Below, piece by piece: positions 8,023 through 15,930 of a stretch of 20,000 nucleotides of DNA; position 1 is the stretch's first letter; each line of letters starts with the position of its first letter. The notes below the pieces were generated by a model. The model made no database searches, was not told the origin of the DNA, and worked only from the letters and a program-made list of their open reading frames with translations. The DNA comes from an uncultured virus (IMG/VR IMGVR_UViG_3300042400_001066) (Duplodnaviria > Heunggongvirae > Uroviricota > Caudoviricetes). Made by a program: the position numbers and the translations under genes. Where the stretch lies: the IMG/VR virus record IMGVR_UViG_3300042400_001066, one strand, 5' to 3'.

Positions 8023-8496
8023 TTATTGAGGTCTTTTTATTGTAGATTCGTTTGCATTTTTTACACTAACTTTTTCCGCTTCGTAATAATTCCAATAGGC
8101 TTCCACGCTATTACCTGGAACTTTGTATTTATCGGGCATACATTGTGGCATAGGGGTTAATTCTGTTTTGGTTACATTAACAGGAGGATTCCTAAGCATA
8201 TCACTACATTTTAATATAGTTAAATGTTGTTTACCATAACGTCTTGTATACTCTTCCCCTAGTGCAATCATGTGTTTATACAACCACTTGTAATTAGAGA
8301 TGGACTCCCTTGCCCATACCGCTGATGGGTGATTTTTATGAGTTACTTTGTAAGGTACATTAGCCTTATCTCCATCAGAAATGATATGAGCGGTACATAG
8401 TAATTGTGCAGATTCTAGTATCATCTTTACTACATGTTTGTTATACATGTACTCAGCGGCTTTTTTGGGATCTGTAGACAGATAGAATATATTCAT
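8023..8496 (-). CDS. Pyrimidine-dimer DNA glycosylase / endonuclease V-like protein
   Basis: MNIFYL..DP..AA....KHVVKMILESAQLLCTAH...HKNHPSAVWARES..NY.WL......EYT.RYGK.H...PQCMPD.YK matches the family signature. Confidence 0.8.
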   Translation of the reverse strand: MNIFYLSTDPKKAAEYMYNKHVVKMILESAQLLCTAHIISDGDKANVPYKVTHKNHPSAVWARESISNYKWLYKHMIALGEEYTRRYGKQHLTILKCSDMLRNPPVNVTKTELTPMPQCMPDKYKVPGNSVEAYWNYYEAEKVSVKNANESTIKRPQ

Positions 8497-8520
8497 ATTT
8501 TTTGATTTTATTTGCTAGGT

Positions 8521-8706
8521 TTAATAATTTCTAGTGGTATCTCTGATGGCTCTTTCTCTTTGTTTTTCTTGTTCCCAATAATACCAATTTTTCTGCTCAT
8601 CAGTGAGTACAAGGGTCTTTGCATCTTTCTCTGCCTTTAGATAGCCTTCATCAAAAATTCTAGTGTGAGTTTGTGGAAATACTTTTTTTATTATTCTTTG
8701 TAACAT
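8521..8706 (-). CDS. Hypothetical protein
   Basis: 61-aa ORF directly downstream of a -7 promoter box. Confidence 0.6.
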   Translation of the reverse strand: MLQRIIKKVFPQTHTRIFDEGYLKAEKDAKTLVLTDEQKNWYYWEQEKQRERAIRDTTRNY

Positions 8707-8726
8707 ATATCTATTAAATTTAAGTG

Positions 8727-8734
8727 CAAAATTA
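8727..8734 (-). promoter_or_regulatory. Bacteroidota -7 promoter element
   Basis: Intergenic TAATTTTG followed by CAC. No clear -33 TTG at 19 nt. Confidence 0.45.
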
Positions 8735-8777
8735 ATAATTATTTTTTTAAACGAGTTATTTTTTTTTATGGAAGAAT

Positions 8778-8990
8778 TTATTTTTTTAGTTCAGAAGGGG
8801 TAGTGTAAATTATGCTTTGTGTATCTGATCCACTATCTTTATAAGCATCAACTACCTTCGTCTTATTCTTTGCTTTGGTATATTCAAAAAATATTGGGGG
8901 TAAATACATCAGTAAAACTATCAATGTGGCCGACAATAATACTTTTATACTTAATTTTTCTTCTAACCATTCAATAGTTACTTTTGGCAT
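8778..8990 (-). CDS. Small membrane protein
   Basis: Hydrophobic stretch VLLSATLIVLLMYLPPIFF. Confidence 0.6.
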   Translation of the reverse strand: MPKVTIEWLEEKLSIKVLLSATLIVLLMYLPPIFFEYTKAKNKTKVVDAYKDSGSDTQSIIYTTPSELKK

Positions 8991-9228
8991 ATTTCATTAA
9001 TTGTTTAATATCTCCAATTGTATAAACTCCCTGATGACTATTATCTAAGGCATATACTTTTGTTTGGTCAGGTAAATATTTAGCTAAATCATTTAGCCAC
9101 CTACTATTGTTCATAGTTCTAAAAAATACTTTCTCAAATATATCTGGGTTGATGTAGTAGTATATTCCATCTGCATCTCCTAGCTCTATATCAATAGGTT
9201 CTTTTGGTATTCCAAAGGTTGTACTCAT
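8971..9228 (-). CDS. Hypothetical protein
   Basis: Likely start MSTTFGIP (ATG 9228), immediately after the stop of the upstream gene. Confidence 0.65.
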   Translation of the reverse strand: MSTTFGIPKEPIDIELGDADGIYYYINPDIFEKVFFRTMNNSRWLNDLAKYLPDQTKVYALDNSHQGVYTIGDIKQLMKYAKSNY

Positions 9229-9229
9229 G

Positions 9230-9904
9230 TTATTTCTTTTTAAATTGTTCAAACAAATTATTTATTAAATCACCTTTAAAGAATATATTTTTTTTATTAG
9301 CATACTCACCCATAATCTTATACACTAACTCACCAACTTCTTCCTCACTATACATTCTTTCAGATTGCCATTTAGCACCTGCTATAAAATCATTATAGTA
9401 CCTATTGTTGTTATCTTCTTCTACATACTTTTCAGCAGCCTCTTCAAGTTTTTCTTGTTTAGTTTCTTCTTGTGGAATGATGATTTTGTATTTAAACTTA
9501 TCAAATCCATAACTATTAACTGTAATTTCTGAACCAAACTCATTAACAGGAACTAAATCAGTCTTAACATACTCACAACTTGGATTCTTAACAAACCATT
9601 CTAAAAACTCATCATCAATAGCTTGTACGCTATCTTTTATTAGGTCTTGGTCTGTTGTTAGGATGATTTTTTCACATAAAAGCCCATTATGAAAAGATGT
9701 AGTTTTTTCTACTAAATTTAAAGCTAAATTAAAATGCCAATCTCCTTCTTTAATTTTTTTATCAGAAGTGATGTATATGTATTGAGGATAACAACCTAGT
9801 TCTAAATCTTTAGGTAATGTTTGTATTGTCAATTTTATTTGGTTATTAGTGTTTTTTACTATCCTACTTGGCTTATCTGTTGATATTAAATGTATATTTT
9901 TCAT
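9230..9904 (-). CDS. Modular phage hypothetical protein
   Basis: Contains short modules recalled from Bacteroidota phages: MKNIHLI.TDKPSR, KIILTTDQDLIKD.VQAIDDEFLEWFVKNPSCE, KQEKLEEAAE, FIAGAKWQ.ERMYSEEEV. Confidence 0.75.
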   Translation of the reverse strand: MKNIHLISTDKPSRIVKNTNNQIKLTIQTLPKDLELGCYPQYIYITSDKKIKEGDWHFNLALNLVEKTTSFHNGLLCEKIILTTDQDLIKDSVQAIDDEFLEWFVKNPSCEYVKTDLVPVNEFGSEITVNSYGFDKFKYKIIIPQEETKQEKLEEAAEKYVEEDNNNRYYNDFIAGAKWQSERMYSEEEVGELVYKIMGEYANKKNIFFKGDLINNLFEQFKKK

Positions 9905-9905
9905 A

Positions 9906-10079
9906 TTAATCTTTTTCTATGTGATTATAAATTAATTGCATGACCCAAGCATTTTCAAACTCATACATTCCGCAGGTTTCACGAGCCTCTTTCTCTGTGT
10001 CGTAGAGTATTATATGCCCCCAATAATCTTTCATAAATTCCATGTTTCGTAGGTCTATTATTACATATTGTCCTTTCAT
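9906..10079 (-). CDS. Hypothetical protein (57 aa)
   Basis: Manually translated: MKGQYVIIDLRNMEFMKDYWGHIILYDTEKEARETCGMYEFENAWVMQLIYNHIEKD. It fills the gap between its neighbours almost exactly. Confidence 0.7.
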   Translation of the reverse strand: MKGQYVIIDLRNMEFMKDYWGHIILYDTEKEARETCGMYEFENAWVMQLIYNHIEKD

Positions 10080-10081
10080 GA

Positions 10082-10270
10082 TTATTCTGATTTATAAGTT
10101 TCGTTGTAGTATTGTTCTGAATTAATACTTGGGTGTTCAAGTAAAGCATTTATGATTTGTTGCTTCTCCATTTCTTTGGCTTGTTCAATTATTTCTTGTA
10201 CACCACCTCCCATATTTTCGTTGTAACCTAAAGTATCTAATAACCATTCTACTGCTGTGACTTTTTTCAT
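10082..10270 (-). CDS. TAVEW-family small protein, copy 4
   Basis: MKKVTAVEWL...AKEMEKQQI...YYNETYKSE. Confidence 0.75.
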   Translation of the reverse strand: MKKVTAVEWLLDTLGYNENMGGGVQEIIEQAKEMEKQQIINALLEHPSINSEQYYNETYKSE

Positions 10271-10274
10271 TTTA

Positions 10275-10487
10275 TTATTTTTTAAATGTTTCGTTGAAGT
10301 ATTGTTCTGCGTTTACCCTTTCATCATTGGCAAACGTTCCCTCATTGAATGCTTTGATTATCTGCTCTTTCTCCATTTCTTTGACTTTTTCAAATACCAT
10401 AATCCATTCAGACATTGATTTTGCTTTTATTGTTTGGTCTTCTACAATGTTTTGGATTAATAATCCTACTGCTGTGACTTTTTTCAT
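10275..10487 (-). CDS. TAVEW-family small protein, copy 3
   Basis: Start re-set to MKKVTAVGLL (ATG 10487); continues ...KEMEKEQII.AF...EQYFNETFKK. Confidence 0.75.
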   Translation of the reverse strand: MKKVTAVGLLIQNIVEDQTIKAKSMSEWIMVFEKVKEMEKEQIIKAFNEGTFANDERVNAEQYFNETFKK

Positions 10488-10506
10488 TGTATTCTGATTT
10501 ATAAGT

Positions 10507-10758
10507 TTATTTGTAATATTCTTCAAGTAAATCAATGGTTCTTTCTGCTCCATCGTATTTTGATTTAGCATGTAATATTTGACCATAAACATTTCTATTT
10601 TTATCAGAATATGTTGCCACAAATTCAGCAAATTTGACCATCTGATCTTTCTCCATTTCTTTAGCTAGTTCAAATAGCTTAGCAATGAACACTCTTGCAT
10701 CATTACCTACATTTAACTTGTTAATTTCTTCATTATACCATTCTACTGCTGTTTTCAT
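10507..10758 (-). CDS. TAVEW-family small protein, copy 2
   Basis: Start re-set to MKTAVEWY (ATG 10758); continues ...LFELAKEMEKDQM...EEYYK. Confidence 0.75.
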   Translation of the reverse strand: MKTAVEWYNEEINKLNVGNDARVFIAKLFELAKEMEKDQMVKFAEFVATYSDKNRNVYGQILHAKSKYDGAERTIDLLEEYYK

Positions 10759-10759
10759 T

Positions 10760-10975
10760 TTATTCTGATTTATAAGTTTCATTGTAATAATTTTCAGAAT
10801 TAGAATGTCTGCCCCACGAAGATTCAGTATGTCCTTTTCTATATGCGCTTTCAATCTGTTCCTTCTCAATTTCTTTTGCTAATTCAAATAGCTTATAATT
10901 CTCGCCTTTCAATGTAACTTCATTTTCAGTTATAAGTTGATGAATTAACCATTGTACTGCTGTGACTTCTTTCAT
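10760..10975 (-). CDS. TAVEW-family small protein, copy 1
   Basis: MKEVTAVQWL...LFELAKEIEKEQI...YYNETYKSE. Confidence 0.75.
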   Translation of the reverse strand: MKEVTAVQWLIHQLITENEVTLKGENYKLFELAKEIEKEQIESAYRKGHTESSWGRHSNSENYYNETYKSE

Positions 10976-11026
10976 AATTATCTGTTTTAATATATTTTTA
11001 GATTTGAAATTAATGAAAATGATAGA

Positions 11027-11437
11027 TTAATCTAATAAATAATAAAATTTATTTACATCACAATCTGAGGCATCAATACCTTTTTCTTTATTTAAAGACA
11101 AATTGTAATATCCTTCTTCACTTTCCGCTACTAATATATAATCTGACTGCACATCCTCTAAGATAGTATTAAATTTAGGATCTATCACTGAAATTTCAGC
11201 AACAAAAATAGCAGACCTTACATTTCTATATATACTATTTTTAACCGTAAATCTTTTTACATCAAAATTAGAGTTATTAATTAACTTTTCATAAACCTCA
11301 GTAGCATTCAAGTTTGTAGTGTCTAAAGGAATATTTATTGTTACCCCCTTCATGTTACATACAATGGGAGATTCTTTACCCATACTTTTCATTACACAAG
11401 GATCAATAGCTTCTAATTTTTTACCAATTTTTATCAT
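11027..11437 (-). CDS. Hypothetical protein (N-terminus shared with 13111..13341)
   Basis: Begins KIGKKLEAIDPCVMKSMGKE. Confidence 0.7.
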   Translation of the reverse strand: MIKIGKKLEAIDPCVMKSMGKESPIVCNMKGVTINIPLDTTNLNATEVYEKLINNSNFDVKRFTVKNSIYRNVRSAIFVAEISVIDPKFNTILEDVQSDYILVAESEEGYYNLSLNKEKGIDASDCDVNKFYYLLD

Positions 11438-11466
11438 AACTTTTATTTGTTTAATTTTTTGTTAAG

Positions 11467-11862
11467 TTAATAAGAATATTCTCTAAACCCATTTGGATAA
11501 AATAACCTCATCACTACCTTTTCAGCAAATATAATTTGAAGATATAACCCAGTAAATGTTGTATAATTTAACATTTCATGCACATCATACTTATGTCCTG
11601 CGTCAGTATTTGACGTAAATATTGGCTCAACCTGTGTTAAATGAAGGGTTTCTGTTTGTCCATCTGTGTATATTATCATTAATCCATTATCATTTTCATT
11701 GTATGATAATTTTGATACTCTTGAAAAATATATTGCCTTCTCCCCATATTCTTTAAATGAATATGTTTTGGAATAATAATCCCACCCATGGTTTGTCTTA
11801 ACCATTTGGGAATAAGAGCACAGCGTTATCATCATTAATATTAGTGTTATTATCCGTTTCAT
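11467..11862 (-). CDS. Secreted or periplasmic protein with Sec signal peptide
   Basis: MKRIITLILMMITLCSYS|Q: basic n-region, hydrophobic h-region, S-Y-S cleavage site and Gln at +1. Confidence 0.7.
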   Translation of the reverse strand: MKRIITLILMMITLCSYSQMVKTNHGWDYYSKTYSFKEYGEKAIYFSRVSKLSYNENDNGLMIIYTDGQTETLHLTQVEPIFTSNTDAGHKYDVHEMLNYTTFTGLYLQIIFAEKVVMRLFYPNGFREYSY

Positions 11863-11866
11863 ATTA

Positions 11867-12040
11867 TTATAATTTTAATTTTTGATATTCTGTAATAAAA
11901 TAAATTACATCATCTTTACTAAATTCTTCACATATATTTTCTTCAAAATTAATTATTAAGCTATCTAGGTAATCCGAGTCATTTATCTCTTCTGTAGTTA
12001 AATCATGTCTATCTAACCACTGGAATAATATTTCTTTCAT
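11867..12040 (-). CDS. Acidic hypothetical protein (57 aa)
   Basis: Manually translated: MKEILFQWLDRHDLTTEEINDSDYLDSLIINFEENICEEFSKDDVIYFITEYQKLKL. Confidence 0.6.
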   Translation of the reverse strand: MKEILFQWLDRHDLTTEEINDSDYLDSLIINFEENICEEFSKDDVIYFITEYQKLKL

Positions 12041-12090
12041 CTTGTTTATTTTTAAATTGTTAATACTAACTATTTTTTAAAGGGGAATAA

Positions 12091-12297
12091 TCACCCATTA
12101 TAGTTTCTATCTACTTTTACTATATGAGAATAGTTATTCCCTCTACTTGTAAACGCACTTCTAGTATTGGGAGACAATGTACTCGACCAGAGTTTATTTA
12201 GGTCAACAGGGTTGTTATCTACGCTTTTAGCTTTTTTACGAGCCACTAAAGCAGCTAACTTAATGTCAATTGGATTTGTTAAAATTGGATCTTTCAT
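12091..12297 (-). CDS. Hypothetical protein
   Basis: 68-aa ORF on the coding strand with an A-rich leader. Confidence 0.6.
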   Translation of the reverse strand: MKDPILTNPIDIKLAALVARKKAKSVDNNPVDLNKLWSSTLSPNTRSAFTSRGNNYSHIVKVDRNYNG

Positions 12298-12423
12298 TTT
12301 AAAAATTTTTAATGTTAATAATTTTAATGTTAATAGTTTAAAAACTACACCTAACAGATATTATATATTATTAGATGTAATTCAATTAAAGGGTTTATAG
12401 TTAAGTTTAATGTCTTTATAAAT

Positions 12424-12657
12424 TTATTGTAAATAATCAGTCATTAGACTATCTAATTGTCCTTGCAATTCTACTCTTCCTACAAAGGTATTGTTGTCAA
12501 ATACTTCTACAGAAGAATCTACTACATATATTCTAAAGCTACAATCAGTTGGCTCTGAATGAGAATGAATTGTAGTTTCTAAAATCATAGCTAACATAAT
12601 AGCTAAAATTATAATTAAAAATGCAGCGGTGCTGAGGGAAATATTTGTTACTTTCAT
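12424..12657 (-). CDS. Small protein with N-terminal TM helix
   Basis: Hydrophobic stretch AAFLIIILAIMLAMIL. Confidence 0.65.
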   Translation of the reverse strand: MKVTNISLSTAAFLIIILAIMLAMILETTIHSHSEPTDCSFRIYVVDSSVEVFDNNTFVGRVELQGQLDSLMTDYLQ

Positions 12658-12687
12658 GTTAATAATTTTAATTTTAATAATATAAGT

Positions 12688-12879
12688 TTAATTAAGATAA
12701 TCCATTAACTTTCCATAAACAAAGTCCCCATCATTATTTAATTCGTTAAGTTGATCCTCTGTCATTTCTTCTCCGTTATATTCTGCTCTAACAATATAAG
12801 CATCACAATAATCGGGGTAGTCACCATGGTCGATACCATCAAACTCAATGTCTCTAATCAATTTGTAATCTAATGTCAT
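12688..12879 (-). CDS. Acidic conserved phage hypothetical protein
   Basis: DGID..DYPDYCDAYI..AEY.G.EMTE.QL.ELN pattern, recalled from Bacteroidota phages. Confidence 0.7.
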   Translation of the reverse strand: MTLDYKLIRDIEFDGIDHGDYPDYCDAYIVRAEYNGEEMTEDQLNELNNDGDFVYGKLMDYLN

Positions 12880-12918
12880 TTTTTTAATTTTTAATTTAAT
12901 TAATTATAATAATTTTTT

Positions 12919-13086
12919 TTACTCGTAAGTGGAGGAATTAGGGGAGTCATTATTATCACTTATCCTATGTGTTTTTTCTTCTTCACCATTTTCATCTAAA
13001 AATACCTTAGATGGCTCACCGAGATTACCAAACATACCTCCATTTATTATCTCATCTAAATCTTCAAAAAATTCTTTAAAGTCCAT
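12919..13086 (-). CDS. Acidic hypothetical protein (55 aa)
   Basis: Manually translated: MDFKEFFEDLDEIINGGMFGNLGEPSKVFLDENGEEEKTHRISDNNDSPNSSTYE. Confidence 0.55.
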   Translation of the reverse strand: MDFKEFFEDLDEIINGGMFGNLGEPSKVFLDENGEEEKTHRISDNNDSPNSSTYE

Positions 13087-13110
13087 ATTGTTTATTTTTA
13101 ATTTATAAAA

Positions 13111-13341
13111 CTAATTAGAGGTCTTAAACCATTTAGGTAATTCGTCTACTAGAAACCAATGTTCTTCATTTTGTTCGTCTATTATTACAACTTCATCTTC
13201 ATCATCCTCATCCTCATCTTTAGTGAGATCAATAATTTTGTATTCTTTACCTACAACGAGAGCTTCTTCGCCTGTGGTTCTCATTACACAAGGGTTAATG
13301 GCTACTAATTCTGATCCGATTTGCAATTTACTTTTTTCCAT
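13111..13341 (-). CDS. Hypothetical protein, acidic, small beta-barrel-like
   Basis: LQIGSELVAINPCVMRTTGEEALVVGKEYKI...DEDEDDEDE. Confidence 0.7.
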   Translation of the reverse strand: MEKSKLQIGSELVAINPCVMRTTGEEALVVGKEYKIIDLTKDEDEDDEDEVVIIDEQNEEHWFLVDELPKWFKTSN

Positions 13342-13377
13342 TTTTTTATTTTATTTTATTTGTTATTAATTTTGGTG

Positions 13378-13385
13378 CAAATATA
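13378..13385 (-). promoter_or_regulatory. Bacteroidota -7 promoter element
   Basis: Intergenic TATATTTG followed by CAC, upstream of the 13341 start. The nearest TTG is 25 nt upstream, which is atypical. Confidence 0.45.
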
Positions 13386-13429
13386 TGCTTATTGAAAGGG
13401 TGGGTGTTATCAATTTTGTTGCAATTACT

Positions 13430-13672
13430 TTAATTTTTGTTGCAATTTACGAATAATTCATTATAAATTCCTTCTTCTTGAAATTTCAATAGGTATGCTT
13501 GGCATTTATTGGTGAAACTTTCTGTGTCTAGTCCTTGCACCTCTACGAATCCGTTAAAGTTAAATGTTTTGAGGGGTTCACAATGCACCACTTGTTTTTT
13601 GCTCTGAATAAATACATAGTTACCTAGTTGTATTACATTTGTGTTTCCGTCTGTTAAGATCTTTTTTGTCAT
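13430..13672 (-). CDS. Hypothetical protein
   Basis: 80-aa ORF on the coding strand. Confidence 0.65.
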   Translation of the reverse strand: MTKKILTDGNTNVIQLGNYVFIQSKKQVVHCEPLKTFNFNGFVEVQGLDTESFTNKCQAYLLKFQEEGIYNELFVNCNKN

Positions 13673-13683
13673 TTTTATGGCTT

Positions 13684-13998
13684 TTAATTATTTTTATAAT
13701 TTTTAATAAATTCTACTATTGCTTGATAAATCGCTTCAAACATACTTCCCTCAATAACTTCTACCAATACCTCACTTTTTGTATTGTTCACTATTTTTAC
13801 ACGATTATCATGTATCTGCACCACGTTATTAAGGTCGTTTATTCTTCCCACTACTTCCATAAGCCAGTCCCATCTAGTGTTAAAAGTATCCTCTATTAAT
13901 TTGGTTCCGTGTCCCTGTATGAATAGTTGTTCCTGTCCTTCCTCTAATGGAATTCCCATAAACTCTGCTATTAACTTATTATTTTCTATTGTTGTCAT
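13684..13998 (-). CDS. Phage hypothetical protein, possibly related to the ABA-sandwich domain
   Basis: ENNKLIAEFMG...WDWLMEVV..I...AIYQAIVEFIK pattern. Confidence 0.6.
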   Translation of the reverse strand: MTTIENNKLIAEFMGIPLEEGQEQLFIQGHGTKLIEDTFNTRWDWLMEVVGRINDLNNVVQIHDNRVKIVNNTKSEVLVEVIEGSMFEAIYQAIVEFIKNYKNN

Positions 13999-14001
13999 TT
14001 C

Positions 14002-14223
14002 TTATTTATTTATCTGATTAAGTAATTCTTCTTGATGATGTAGGGGCAAATCGGTACATTTAGTAACGTATTCATTACCATAGCAATCAATTTCTGCTTC
14101 TTCTTTGCTACCAAAGATAACTATATCATCGTTACTACCAAAACGAACTAAATTGTCGTTGGCTTTATCCCATATTACATAGTCTGTTTCAAATAATTGT
14201 TTTTTTCTTTCTATTGTGTTCAT
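14002..14223 (-). CDS. Hypothetical protein
   Basis: 73-aa ORF with the shared AATCATAAAAAATG leader. Confidence 0.65.
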   Translation of the reverse strand: MNTIERKKQLFETDYVIWDKANDNLVRFGSNDDIVIFGSKEEAEIDCYGNEYVTKCTDLPLHHQEELLNQINK

Positions 14224-14330
14224 TTTTTATGATTTTTAATTGTTTAATTGTTTTTAAATTTTTTCTCACTATCTTGATAGCTTTGAGGATATATAGGCTA
14301 TCAAGAATATAATGAATATAATACATAATC

Positions 14331-14909
14331 CTAATAACATACCACATTGTTTATAAGTCCTTTTTTAATTAAAATAAATGTTTTTAAGTCTTTTTTACAT
14401 AGTGCCAACCGATCCTCACTATATTGTAGTTTGCCCCCCATTATAGGATGATCTCCGTGTCCGTTTGTAACTTTTGTACAAATTTCTTCGGCTGTTTCAG
14501 AAGTAAATTGTGTAGGCTCTATAGCCATTCCTAGATATATTTTTTTATCTTTGTCCACTCCTACAGAAATACCTGTTTCTTTATAATACACTATGGTATT
14601 GCATCTTTCCAAAGAAGGGTATTTTTCTACCCCATCAATTATTTTTTCTAATAGTTGTATGTTCTTTTGGTTTGTTTCAATCAAGGAAGAATATTCTCTA
14701 AGATTAGTAGCTACAGGCTCTGCTATATCGTGGATAATAATCCCATTTTCGGTCTGCTGGGCAAACTTGTTTTGCATTTCCAATAGATAATAATATTCTG
14801 ATTTTTCCATTGTATAGCCTCCATTATTGGAGTACCCCATATTTTTGGGTAATTGTCCTACATTTGTTTCTTGTAGGGTATAATCTGCGTTTTTTACTAA
14901 TTTGTGCAT
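14331..14909 (-). CDS. Hypothetical protein whose N-terminal module is paralogous to 18191..18358
   Basis: Contains LPKNMGYSNNGGYTMEKSEYYYLLE...NGIIIH. Confidence 0.7.
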   Translation of the reverse strand: MHKLVKNADYTLQETNVGQLPKNMGYSNNGGYTMEKSEYYYLLEMQNKFAQQTENGIIIHDIAEPVATNLREYSSLIETNQKNIQLLEKIIDGVEKYPSLERCNTIVYYKETGISVGVDKDKKIYLGMAIEPTQFTSETAEEICTKVTNGHGDHPIMGGKLQYSEDRLALCKKDLKTFILIKKGLINNVVCY

Positions 14910-14949
14910 AATTTTTTATTTTTAATTGTTAATTTTTAATTTTTAATTT

Positions 14950-15471
14950 TTAATCACAAAGTTCACTACTAAAGTCTAGTCCAAAAAGGGGATCAATTTC
15001 TTCTGATATTATTCCTAATATTTCCAAAAACGTCTCATCATCTTCTTCCATAATATAATCGGATATAACTCCTATTTCATTTAATCTGTTTATTATTCCC
15101 ACCGCACAATCTGTTGAATCTGTATATGTAATTTTTTTAATACTTTTAAAATTTTTATTGTCAGTAATTGTACTTGAACTAGGGGCAATACTTTCGTCTG
15201 TCTTGGCTCTTGATCCCCCGTATCTTTTCTTTTTAGGAGGGTTAATCATATTTTCGCTTAACTCTATCTCGCAAAGATGGGCGTTTCCGTCTTTTTCTTG
15301 GTTGTCTTTAGTATCTAAGAATACAATATTGATAGGGTTTTCATCCCAATTTTTTCTATCAAAGGTATCTATATCCACTCCGACAATTTCATAGAAATTT
15401 TCGTCAAACATATTCATCCATACCATAGGCTTAGATTTCTTCACTGCTTTTTTAAATTCTATCTTATCCAT
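14950..15471 (-). CDS. Hypothetical protein
   Basis: 173-aa ORF with a basic/Ser-rich linker and an acidic C-terminus. Confidence 0.7.
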   Translation of the reverse strand: MDKIEFKKAVKKSKPMVWMNMFDENFYEIVGVDIDTFDRKNWDENPINIVFLDTKDNQEKDGNAHLCEIELSENMINPPKKKRYGGSRAKTDESIAPSSSTITDNKNFKSIKKITYTDSTDCAVGIINRLNEIGVISDYIMEEDDETFLEILGIISEEIDPLFGLDFSSELCD

Positions 15472-15483
15472 ATATAAGTTATT

Positions 15484-15891
15484 TTAGTTATAATCATTTT
15501 TGTAAGGTAAAAAATACTGCTTATCAAATTCTTGGATAGTGCCTTTGTAATTGTCATTGTATATAAGCACCCCTTTAGGCTCTGAATGTATGAAAGTAAT
15601 AAATACCGCTATGCACTCTTGAAAAGTCTCCTCGCAAAGTATCTTTGTTGTTGTGTACAATACTTCTACAATATCTTCTCTATAGGCTACAAATAACTCC
15701 ACCACCATAGTAGGCTCTTTTTGGGTTATTCCATTGGAGGTATAAACTCCTTCTTGATATTGGCAATAAATCTCTGAATCATCAGCCTGTAGGCTACTAT
15801 ATAATTCTATAATTCTTGCCTTTGTTTTTTCAAAGTCTAGAATACCTAAAGTACCTATTTTTAATCCTACGTTTAATTCTATTTTTGTCAT
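15484..15891 (-). CDS. Putative SAM lyase (T3 SAMase-like)
   Basis: GVY-x8-EPTMVV...LCEETFQECIAVF...GVLIY parallels T3 SAMase GCY...EEKTVRV...ACNEWEQDCVLVY...GLVY as recalled. Size and early-region position fit. Confidence 0.5.
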   Translation of the reverse strand: MTKIELNVGLKIGTLGILDFEKTKARIIELYSSLQADDSEIYCQYQEGVYTSNGITQKEPTMVVELFVAYREDIVEVLYTTTKILCEETFQECIAVFITFIHSEPKGVLIYNDNYKGTIQEFDKQYFLPYKNDYN

Positions 15892-15930
15892 TTTTTATGA
15901 TTTTAATTGTTTAAATTTTTACTTGTTTAA

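Larger units (their letters stand above)
10083..10779. repeat. Three exact copies of the 19-mer tattctgatttataagttt
   Basis: Copies at 10083-10101, 10490-10508 and 10761-10779. Also tgctgtgactt(t/c)tttcat at 10253, 10470 and 10958. Confidence 0.85.

Noticed and set aside
8598..8604. Second CTGATGA hammerhead-like core (also near 15779)
   Set aside because: Both lie inside coding sequence and lack stem II/GAAA and stem III in the right arrangement.
10083..10779. CRISPR array or DGR interpretation of the repeated 19-mers
   Set aside because: The repeats are parts of paralogous coding genes spaced hundreds of bases apart. There is no cas or reverse transcriptase gene in the window and no adenine-specific TR/VR pattern.
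10488..10869. Long N-terminal extensions of ORFs 10275..10631 and 10507..10869
   Set aside because: They overlap neighbouring paralogs out of frame. Paralog alignment places the starts at 10487 and 10758.
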